Shown: in pieces, positions 39,574-46,882 of the stretch
Numbering within the stretch: position 1 is the first letter of the stretch
How the letters are laid out: the number at the start of each line of letters is the position of its first letter
From: a bacterium
GTDB lineage: Bacteria > Patescibacteriota > Microgenomatia > UBA8517
Length of the DNA: 64,000 nucleotides
Reading direction: 5' to 3'
Assembly (NCBI GenBank): GCA_021824915.1
Contig: JAKAJP010000013.1
Span: forward strand, 1,733-65,732
The notes under the pieces: generated by a model
The model's database searches: none
Seen by the model: the letters and a program-made list of their open reading frames with translations, nothing else
Told to the model about the DNA's origin: nothing
Position numbers and translations under genes: made by a program

Positions 39574-39767
39574 TAAAATGGAATTGAAGTTTGAGACTAA
39601 AAACGCTGGTTCGAAAGAACAAATTATTATTGACGATGTAAAACAATTTATTACTAAGAAGACGGGGTGGCAAATTATTAGTAAAAATGGAGAAATTAGA
39701 TTCTTGTCGAATTCGATTTATAATTTAATTACTCACCCGGAAGAACTAATTTCTTGATAGATTTTGG

Positions 39768-40211
39768 CTACGGCCTCAAATTAATAGGTTCCCATTGGTT
39801 TATTGGAGCATAATAGATGTTATTAGCGGGCATGGGGTTGAATTGAATTCTCGTGGATTGTTGCTCAATTAGCTGCGCATGAGTGCATTGATTATTGTCC
39901 GCGTAAAGTTGCCATCTTCCGTAGAGAAGCCCACAACATACTGCCTTGGAACAATCACTTCTTCTTGCAATCAATGTCTGTCCCTTGCACCGCTCTAAAT
40001 TAGTTGTGCACGTTACGATAGGATCTGGATCTGTAGTTCTTATTTGTGGTTGTGGTATTGGTGAGGGTTTGTAAGCAGCTATGGGTGACGGTGTGTTTTG
40101 TTTTTTTAGATCAGCTTGTTTTTTTGTCATGTCAGTTTTACCTAATAAATATGCAGTTGTGCTTGCAAGAAGAATTAGCAACGTATAAAGGGCAATACTT
40201 AAATTTTTCAT
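39768..40211 (-). CDS. hypothetical secreted Cys-rich protein
   Basis: Signal peptide (MKNLSIALYTLLILLASTTAYLLG), a Pro-rich linker and 8 Cys in the C-terminal 90 aa. Confidence 0.4.
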   Translation of the reverse strand: MKNLSIALYTLLILLASTTAYLLGKTDMTKKQADLKKQNTPSPIAAYKPSPIPQPQIRTTDPDPIVTCTTNLERCKGQTLIARRSDCSKAVCCGLLYGRWQLYADNNQCTHAQLIEQQSTRIQFNPMPANNIYYAPINQWEPINLRP

Positions 40212-40465
40212 CGAAGGTGACTAATAACTCGATTTTATACCTTTTTTGGAAAATTATGATGTTTTAAATTAGCTTATGGATTCTGGTGTAACTGGGTAAG
40301 AATACGAAAAGGAAAAAATAGCAGGTTGAAGTGGGAGAAGTGGTAGAATAGCCCTCAGTTGGGTAATTTAGTTCCTCGAGACGATATGACTCTATCTTTT
40401 CGTGCCTGAGATTACACAATTTAGTCTTTTCGGTTAAAGATACTCAAGATTTGGCTCCAGAATAG

Positions 40466-40573
40466 TTGACAGATAGAGTTGGTATGGTTATAATCCAATT
40501 AGTTAGGTGAAAACTCGTGTTTGACAAGACAAAATTAGAATCCTCTTGACAAAAGTAGTAGTAGTACTATAAT
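40466..40573 (+). promoter_or_regulatory. two tandem consensus sigma70-type promoters upstream of the 40584 gene (P1 TTGACA 40466-71 / TATAAT 40489-94; P2 TTGACA 40546-51 / TATAAT 40568-73)
   Basis: Both have perfect hexamers with 17- and 16-nt spacers. P2 is embedded in the 12-mer TCCTCTTGACAA shared with groES and hrcA. Confidence 0.5.
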
Positions 40574-40583
40574 TTTTACTGAA

Positions 40584-41339
40584 ATGGAGAATGACAATCA
40601 AATAAAATCAACCAAAGTAAGAAGTTCTTCTTATCCTTACGTTGGTTTGGAGCATGCAATAAAATTGTGTGAAGATCTGCGCAGGGCTGTAGGAAAAGGT
40701 CCTTATAGTAGAGATTCCGCGTCGCGGGGTATCGGACACGAATCTCTTTCTGGTCCTGCTGCGGCCAAAATAGCGGCACTAGTTTATTTTGGGCTTTTAG
40801 ATAGACATGGAAATACCTATTCAGTGTCTCCGCTCGCAGACCGAATTCAGTTTCCGGTTGATGAAGACGATAAAATCTCTGCTATCAAAGAGGCTGTACA
40901 AAAACCAAAACTTTACAAACAACTTATAGAAAAGTATAAAAATCAGTCTCTTCCAACCCTGTTGGACAATATCTTGACCCGTGAATTTGGAATTTATGAA
41001 AAGAAAGCTAGGGGTGTGTCAAAAAACTTCAAAAGATCTCTAGAATACGCCGAGATGCTTAACAATGGAGTCATTACTGATCAACTAGGAAGTGGAGTTG
41101 TGCTATCTTCGGAAGAAACAAGACCGCCTTTATCTGTTTTAAATTCCACACGTGAGAATGTAGTTCTTTCTCGACAATCAAGCGAATATTTCGAGTTGCC
41201 GACAGGAATTAAAATTTTATTTCCGGAACATTTGAAGTACTATGTTGCTTTGGGATCGTTTAGTGAGGGGATCCAAGCGCTAAACAAAAAAGCAGAAGAA
41301 ATTTTAAAAGAATTAGGTATCAAGGACAGCAAGCCTTGA
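40584..41339 (+). CDS. hypothetical protein (251 aa, no recognisable domain), embedded in the chaperone locus
   Basis: Clean ORF with strong upstream promoters. It is the only gene between dnaK and dnaJ. Confidence 0.5.
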   Translation: MENDNQIKSTKVRSSSYPYVGLEHAIKLCEDLRRAVGKGPYSRDSASRGIGHESLSGPAAAKIAALVYFGLLDRHGNTYSVSPLADRIQFPVDEDDKISAIKEAVQKPKLYKQLIEKYKNQSLPTLLDNILTREFGIYEKKARGVSKNFKRSLEYAEMLNNGVITDQLGSGVVLSSEETRPPLSVLNSTRENVVLSRQSSEYFELPTGIKILFPEHLKYYVALGSFSEGIQALNKKAEEILKELGIKDSKP

Positions 41340-41340
41340 A

Positions 41341-41441
41341 GCTAGAAAAAGCTGGCGGAAACCAGCGCAAGTAATTAGTGGACGATACCACTTCCAGTGG
41401 TATGTCCAAGCTCAGAGTCTAGTTACCTCGTTTTCGCCAGC
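41341..41441 (+). other. structured intergenic RNA element candidate (alternative helices)
   Basis: Hairpin 1 is GCUGG-CGGAAA-CCAGC (41351-66). Hairpin 2 is a 12-bp stem, 41380-41407, with one bulge. A competing 11-bp long-range helix pairs 41351-61 with 41431-41. CUAGA/UCUAG (41342-46/41418-22) can close a three-way junction. Confidence 0.25.
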
Positions 41442-41489
41442 ACAACTAGTTTATCTTGATACTTTAGTATACGCTATTGTACCAAGTTC

Positions 41490-41544
41490 TTCACAAATCT
41501 TTATTACGAATATATAATTAGCACTATCTAGACATGGCTGCTAA
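41490..41544 (+). promoter_or_regulatory. dnaJ promoter (-35 TTCACA 41490-95, -10 TATAAT 41513-18) with a degenerate CIRCE-like repeat (TTAGCACTA-N9-GGCTGCTAA, 41518-41544) spanning the start codon
   Basis: 17-nt spacer promoter. The inverted repeat matches CIRCE at 8/9 and 7/9 positions with a 9-nt spacer, and the ATG lies inside the spacer. Confidence 0.4.
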
Positions 41545-42421
41545 AACTGATTATTACGATATATTGGGGGTTTCTAAGTCGGCGAGTGCTGATGAGATAA
41601 AGAAAGCTTACAGAAAACAGGCTTTGGAGTGGCATCCGGACAGGCACAAAGACGACAAAGAAGCTGCAGAAAAGCGTTTCAAAGAAATAAATGAGGCTTA
41701 CCAAGTTTTAAGTGATCCTCAAAAGAAATCTGCTTATGACCAATTTGGCCATGCGGCTTTTACTCCCGGAGGAGGAGCTCCAGGCGGGAATCCATTTGCC
41801 GGAGGATTTCAAGGCGGACGATCTGGTCCTTTTACCTATACTTATTATTCAGGCGGAGATGGGCAAAATCCTTTCGGAAATATGGATTTTGGCGATCCAT
41901 TTGATATTTTTGAAAGTTTTTTTGGAGGAGGAAATCCTTTCGGTCGAACTCAAGCAAGGCAGGTTCCCCGTTACTCCATGACTATTAGTTTTGATGAGGC
42001 GGTCCACGGAGTAAGCAAGGAAGTTTCTGTTGAGGGAAAGAAAAGAAAAATCAAAATTCCGGCGGGTATTTATGAGGGGGCAAGAATTAACTTTGGAGAT
42101 TTTACTTTATCGGTTAACATCAAGCCGGACAAACTTTTTGAGAGGCAGGACGACGACATTTATGTAAATGTCGGAATTCCTTTCTCTTTGGCAGTAATGG
42201 GCGGTGAGATTGGTGTACCGACGATCGAAGGCGAGGTAAAAATTAGAATTCGCCCGGGAACTCAAGGCGGGACAATGATGAGACTTCGTGAACGCGGGGT
42301 TGCCCACCTTCACGGCAGGGGCAAAGGCGATGAATATGTGAGGTTAAATGTTTTGGTTCCTGAAAAGTTGAATCGTGATCAAAAAAGAATTGTTGAGGAA
42401 ATGGAAACCGAGGGACTTTGA
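41534..42421 (+). CDS. dnaJ: DnaJ-family co-chaperone lacking the Zn-finger domain (CbpA/type II-like)
   Basis: J domain with HPD (YYDILGV...WHPDRHKDD), a Gly/Phe-rich linker, and C-terminal substrate-binding domains. No CxxCxGxG repeats. Confidence 0.8.
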   Translation: MAAKTDYYDILGVSKSASADEIKKAYRKQALEWHPDRHKDDKEAAEKRFKEINEAYQVLSDPQKKSAYDQFGHAAFTPGGGAPGGNPFAGGFQGGRSGPFTYTYYSGGDGQNPFGNMDFGDPFDIFESFFGGGNPFGRTQARQVPRYSMTISFDEAVHGVSKEVSVEGKKRKIKIPAGIYEGARINFGDFTLSVNIKPDKLFERQDDDIYVNVGIPFSLAVMGGEIGVPTIEGEVKIRIRPGTQGGTMMRLRERGVAHLHGRGKGDEYVRLNVLVPEKLNRDQKRIVEEMETEGL

Positions 42422-42903
42422 AACTTCTTAAGTATATTGCGGACAAATCGGAACCGGAAAAAACCGATAAAAAGTTTGCTGCCAGAGCCGTTTTGTTTGA
42501 TGAAAATAATCTGGTTCCAATTCTTTTTGTCTCGAATTTCAACTACCACAAAATCCCAGGCGGCGGAATTGAAAAGGCAGAGACCAAGCTTCAGGGACTC
42601 CACCGAGAAATTAAGGAAGAAACCGGGTGTTTGGCCAAGATCGGGAAAGAGATGGGAAAAGTGGTTGAATACCGCTCAAAATGGAATCTCTTGCAGACGT
42701 CATATTGTTACATTGGTAAGGTTACTCAAAAGGGTGATCCGAGTTTTACTGATGATGAAATCCGCGAGGGTTTTAAGTTGGTTTGGATGACTCTTGATGA
42801 GGCCATTACCCAGCTCAAAAAAGACAAACCCGCCGATTATCAAGGGAAATTTATCCAAGAAAGAGATTTAGCTTTTTTGGAAGCGGCCAAAAGGCTTGTT
42901 TGA
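42418..42903 (+). CDS. NUDIX hydrolase
   Basis: Nudix box GGGIEKAETKLQGLHREIKEETG. Start overlaps the dnaJ stop (ATGA). Confidence 0.7.
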   Translation: MKLLKYIADKSEPEKTDKKFAARAVLFDENNLVPILFVSNFNYHKIPGGGIEKAETKLQGLHREIKEETGCLAKIGKEMGKVVEYRSKWNLLQTSYCYIGKVTQKGDPSFTDDEIREGFKLVWMTLDEAITQLKKDKPADYQGKFIQERDLAFLEAAKRLV

Positions 42904-42988
42904 CTTCATCTGGCTTCATAGAGTAAACTAGTCAAGGTTTGGAAGAATTGAGGTGGGACGAGTGCCCGCCTTTTTTCGTAATACGGAT

Positions 42989-44125
42989 ATGCAAACAGCA
43001 AGAACAGAATTTAGTCAGGCATTAAAAGCTATCGCTCAAGAGCGGGGCCTTAATCCTGATGTGATTATCGAAACTATTAAGCAGGCAATTATTGCTGCTT
43101 ACAGGAGGGATGCCAAAGAGCACGGCGAGGAAATTCCTGAAGAAATTGAAGTAGTTGCCAAAATTGACAATGTTACAGGCGAGACCAAAGTTTTTATTGA
43201 CAACAAAGACGTAACCCCACCCGGATTCGGAAGAATTGCGGCCCAGACCGCGAAACAGGTTATCCATCAAAAAATAAGAGAGGCTGAAAAAGGCGCAATT
43301 ATGGAAGAGTTTGAGGAAAGAGTTGGAGCCTTGGTTTCCGGTCTTATTTTAAGATTTGATGGCCCGAATGTCAGAGTAGATTTGGGCAGGACCGAAGCTA
43401 TAATGCCCGCCGAAGAAAGAATCCCGAACGAAAGATTAAATTTGAATCAGAGGCTAACGTTTTTGCTTAAGAAAATTGAGGAAACACCCAGGGGTCGCGA
43501 CCTTGTTCTTTCAAGAGCGGATCCGGAGTTTGTAGTTAAACTTTTTGCAAGAGAAGTACCTGAAATTGCCTCCAAGGCAGTTGAAATTAAAAGTATAGCC
43601 AGAGAAGCCGGGGTTAGAACCAAGGTAACCGTTGCCTCAAGTCAGCAGGGAGTTGATCCTGTTGGAAGTTGTGTCGGGCAAAAAGGTGTTCGTGTTCAGG
43701 CGGTTACAAACGAAATTGGAGGAGAGAGAGTTGATGTTATTCCTTATAGTGAGGATTTGGCAGAGTTAATCAAAGCCGCACTTTCACCGGCCGAAAACTT
43801 GGTTGTTAAGCTTAATAAAAAGACTAAAACCGCAAAAGTTACCGCTCCAGAGGATCAACTTTCTTTGGCTATCGGACGCGACGGGCAAAATGTTCGTTTG
43901 ACTGCAAAACTGACTGGCTTTCGAATTGAAGTTGAAGGTAATGGTGAAGCAGTCAAGCCTGAAGAGCTAAAAGAAGAAGTAAAGACAGAGGAACCTAAAA
44001 TAGAAGAACAACCGGAGACGGAAGTGGAGAAAGTCGAAAAGAAAGAAAATGTAACTGAAGATACGCAGTCAGATCAAAAGTCTGAAAATGCAGGAAGCGA
44101 AGAGCCAAAAACTGAAGAAAACTAA
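42989..44125 (+). CDS. nusA: transcription termination/antitermination factor NusA (short, no C-terminal AR repeats)
   Basis: NusA N-terminal domain (TEFSQALKAIAQERGL), S1 and two KH domains (GVDPVGSCVGQKGVRVQAV), and an acidic tail. The ORF track begins at 42953; the conserved N-terminus fits the Met at 42989. Confidence 0.85.
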   Translation: MQTARTEFSQALKAIAQERGLNPDVIIETIKQAIIAAYRRDAKEHGEEIPEEIEVVAKIDNVTGETKVFIDNKDVTPPGFGRIAAQTAKQVIHQKIREAEKGAIMEEFEERVGALVSGLILRFDGPNVRVDLGRTEAIMPAEERIPNERLNLNQRLTFLLKKIEETPRGRDLVLSRADPEFVVKLFAREVPEIASKAVEIKSIAREAGVRTKVTVASSQQGVDPVGSCVGQKGVRVQAVTNEIGGERVDVIPYSEDLAELIKAALSPAENLVVKLNKKTKTAKVTAPEDQLSLAIGRDGQNVRLTAKLTGFRIEVEGNGEAVKPEELKEEVKTEEPKIEEQPETEVEKVEKKENVTEDTQSDQKSENAGSEEPKTEEN

Positions 44126-44185
44126 AAATGAAAATTTTTGAAATTCTTTCTTCAAATTAGTAACCCCTAGCTTCCAAAAATAAAT

Positions 44186-45595
44186 ATGGAAGCAAATAAA
44201 TTACAAAGCAGATCTCCAATAGTTGTCGTTTTGGGCCATGTTGATCATGGAAAGACTACACTTCTTGATGCAATCCGAAAAACAAATGTGGCTGCCCGGG
44301 AAGCCGGGGGAATCACACAAGCAATAGGAGCCAGTGTTATCGAAACGAAAGAAGGCAAAAAAATTACCTTCATAGATACGCCTGGTCATGCGGCCTTTGG
44401 TAAGATGCGGAGTCGTGGAGCAAAGGTGGCCGATATCGCAATTTTGGTTGTTGCTCAGGACGACGGGGTTCAGCCACAGACAAAAGAGGCTTTGGAGATA
44501 ATTCGCGAGGCTGGGATTCCTTTTATTGTTGCCGGAACAAAGGCGGATGTTAACGGAGTTAATTCCGAAAACTTGAAGGGACAACTTGAAAAAGAACAGG
44601 TTTTTTTCGAGGGCCGTGGTGGTCAGGTTCCTTTTGTCTCGGTTTCAGCAAAAACAAACTCCGGAATTACGGAACTGCTTGAGATGCTCTCTTTAATGAG
44701 CGATGTCGCCGAACTAAAAGGAGACGCTGGGGGAAATCTTGAAGCGGTTGTTATTGAGTCGGGTAAAGAAAAAATGGGACCGACCGCCTCGGTTGTTGTC
44801 AGAAATGGCAAGTTGGGGGTGGGAGAGATTATTTATGCAGAAGAACTGGAATGTAAAGTTAGAGCTCTTTTTGACGACAAAGGCAAATCCGTTAAGGAAA
44901 TCCTACCCGGCGAGCCGGCCAGAGTGATTGGATTTTCTGTCGTTCCCCCGGTTGGCGCAAGTGTAACCAGAGAACCCCACAAAGCTACGGAGGTTGTTAA
45001 GGAGAAGAAAAATGTATTTGACTTACGGAGGCTTCACGATGATGAAATTCCGGTAATAATTAAAGCCAGTAATGCCGGAGCTCTTGAGGCAATTATTGCC
45101 TCTCTTCCCCCTAAAGTGGTGGTTGTTGATAGTGGAGTTGGAGAGGTTACAACCAGCGATGTTATAAATGCTAAGACGGGCAATGCCTATGTGTATTCTT
45201 TTGAAAGTAAAGTTGCCCCGGAGGTTATTAAACTGGCCGAAGCAGAAAAAATTAAAGTTCAGAAGTTCGACATAATTTATGAGCTTTTGCAATCCATAGA
45301 GGAAATTTTGAAGAAAGGTAAGGTTCAAATACTGGGATCAGCGGAGGTTTTGGCCAGTTTTCCGTTTGATAATAAGAAAGTTGCCGGTTGCAAGGTGGTA
45401 AACGGGAGAATTTCAAAAGGCGACACAATTATTCTGAAACGTGGGGAAAAAGAGCTTGGGACATCTAGAGCAATTTCCATTAAAAAACAGAAGGCAGAGG
45501 TTCCTTCTGTCGGTCAAGCCGAGGAGTTCGGGGTAATTTTGGACCCTCAGCTTGATTTTGCGAAGGGTGACGTGATACTATCGGTGGCTAAATGA
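44186..45595 (+). CDS. infB: translation initiation factor IF-2 (short form: G domain and C-terminal domains only)
   Basis: GHVDHGKTTLLD, DTPGH and NKAD-like TKAD motifs, with the IF2 domain II/C-terminal region. Only 469 aa. Confidence 0.9.
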   Translation: MEANKLQSRSPIVVVLGHVDHGKTTLLDAIRKTNVAAREAGGITQAIGASVIETKEGKKITFIDTPGHAAFGKMRSRGAKVADIAILVVAQDDGVQPQTKEALEIIREAGIPFIVAGTKADVNGVNSENLKGQLEKEQVFFEGRGGQVPFVSVSAKTNSGITELLEMLSLMSDVAELKGDAGGNLEAVVIESGKEKMGPTASVVVRNGKLGVGEIIYAEELECKVRALFDDKGKSVKEILPGEPARVIGFSVVPPVGASVTREPHKATEVVKEKKNVFDLRRLHDDEIPVIIKASNAGALEAIIASLPPKVVVVDSGVGEVTTSDVINAKTGNAYVYSFESKVAPEVIKLAEAEKIKVQKFDIIYELLQSIEEILKKGKVQILGSAEVLASFPFDNKKVAGCKVVNGRISKGDTIILKRGEKELGTSRAISIKKQKAEVPSVGQAEEFGVILDPQLDFAKGDVILSVAK

Positions 45596-46506
45596 ACGAA
45601 TCGTTTAATACAATAATCGGTTCTGCCTCCGAAATTTTAATTCTTCTCCCGGATAATCCCGATTTTGATGTTGTCGCGGCAGGACTTGGACTTTATCTCT
45701 CCTTGAGAGACCAAAAACAAACGGCAATTTCCTGCAAAAGCCCAATGGTCGTCGGATTTAACCGGCTTATCGGTGTAAATAAGATTGGGGATGAGCTCGG
45801 AAATAAAAACTTAACCATTAAATTCAAGGGTTATGATGCTAAAAATATTGAGAAAGTCAGCTACGACATAATTGACGGCGAATTTAATTTGACCGTAACT
45901 CCAAAGTCCGGTCAAATTGCGCCTCAGGCGGATAGCATCGAGCTAAATTACTCCGGAGTTTCGGCGAATTTAGTCATTCTTTTTGGGGGTGTGAGTGATG
46001 GCGATTTTTCTGCGCTTAACGAAAAACAATTTGCCGGAGCCAAGATGGCCCATATTGGAACACGGGTTTTGAGTGCCACTTCAGGTGAAACCCTTTCTTT
46101 TGCAAAACCGGCATCATCAATTTCCGAACTTGTGGCGGAAATAATCAAAGAAACAGGATTTCCAATAGATGTTGATGTGGCTACTAATTTGGCAATGGGA
46201 ATTGAGGAGGGAAGTAATAATTTTGGGTCAAGTGAAGTTACTCCCGACACGTTTGAAATTTTTGCCTATTTACTTCGAAGTGGGGCTCAAAGATTGCCTG
46301 CAGAAAAAATAAGTGCGAGTGATTTTCCGGCCGGCTCGATTCCCGGGGTACAAGTTTTTCAGAAGGGTAAACAGGTGCAAGATGTTGAAGGAACAAAGGA
46401 AGAGGAGCAGGTAATTAATCCTCCTGAAGATTGGCTTCAGCCTAAAGTGATTAAAGGTGCGGCAAGTATAGATCAGCCCCAAACACCCAGCGAGAATAAG
46501 GGCTAA
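45592..46506 (+). CDS. hypothetical protein, possibly a degenerate DHH/NrnA-like phosphoesterase fold
   Basis: Occupies the rbfA/nrnA slot of the infB operon. The N-terminal pattern ILLPDNPDFDVVAAGLGLYLSL resembles DHH motif I, but the DHH and GGGH motifs are absent. Confidence 0.3.
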   Translation: MNESFNTIIGSASEILILLPDNPDFDVVAAGLGLYLSLRDQKQTAISCKSPMVVGFNRLIGVNKIGDELGNKNLTIKFKGYDAKNIEKVSYDIIDGEFNLTVTPKSGQIAPQADSIELNYSGVSANLVILFGGVSDGDFSALNEKQFAGAKMAHIGTRVLSATSGETLSFAKPASSISELVAEIIKETGFPIDVDVATNLAMGIEEGSNNFGSSEVTPDTFEIFAYLLRSGAQRLPAEKISASDFPAGSIPGVQVFQKGKQVQDVEGTKEEEQVINPPEDWLQPKVIKGAASIDQPQTPSENKG

Positions 46507-46601
46507 TTTTCCCCTTTGAAACCAGTAGGAAGTATGGTATTATACCCAAGATGAAAACAAGGTTTAGCTTGAAATAGCCTTACTTTGTTTTACATGACGA
46601 T

Positions 46602-46871
46602 ATGGCACTAGCCACAGACGAGAAGAAAGATTTAATTAAAAAGTTTGCTCGCGAGAAAGGCGATACAGGTTCTCCTGAAGTGCAAATCGCACTCCTTTCA
46701 GCTCAAATTGATAAACTTGTCACACATCTTAAGGAGCACAAGAAAGATGTGCATAGTCGCAGGGGGCTACTTTCTATGGTAGCTAAAAGAAGAAGGTTGT
46801 TAACATACTTAAGAGCGCGAGATGAAGAGCGCTACAAGAGGCTCCTCTCTGAACTAAAACTTGAAAAATAA
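46602..46871 (+). CDS. rpsO: 30S ribosomal protein S15
   Basis: 89-aa product with the S15 pattern ([50 protein letters not shown]). Confidence 0.9.
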   Translation: MALATDEKKDLIKKFAREKGDTGSPEVQIALLSAQIDKLVTHLKEHKKDVHSRRGLLSMVAKRRRLLTYLRARDEERYKRLLSELKLEK

Positions 46872-46882
46872 TTTGTAAATTA

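Noticed and set aside
40212-40583. Long intergenic region as a possible RNase P RNA, tmRNA or SRP RNA gene
   Set aside because: None of the universally conserved motifs of these RNAs is present. The region is best explained by tandem promoters.
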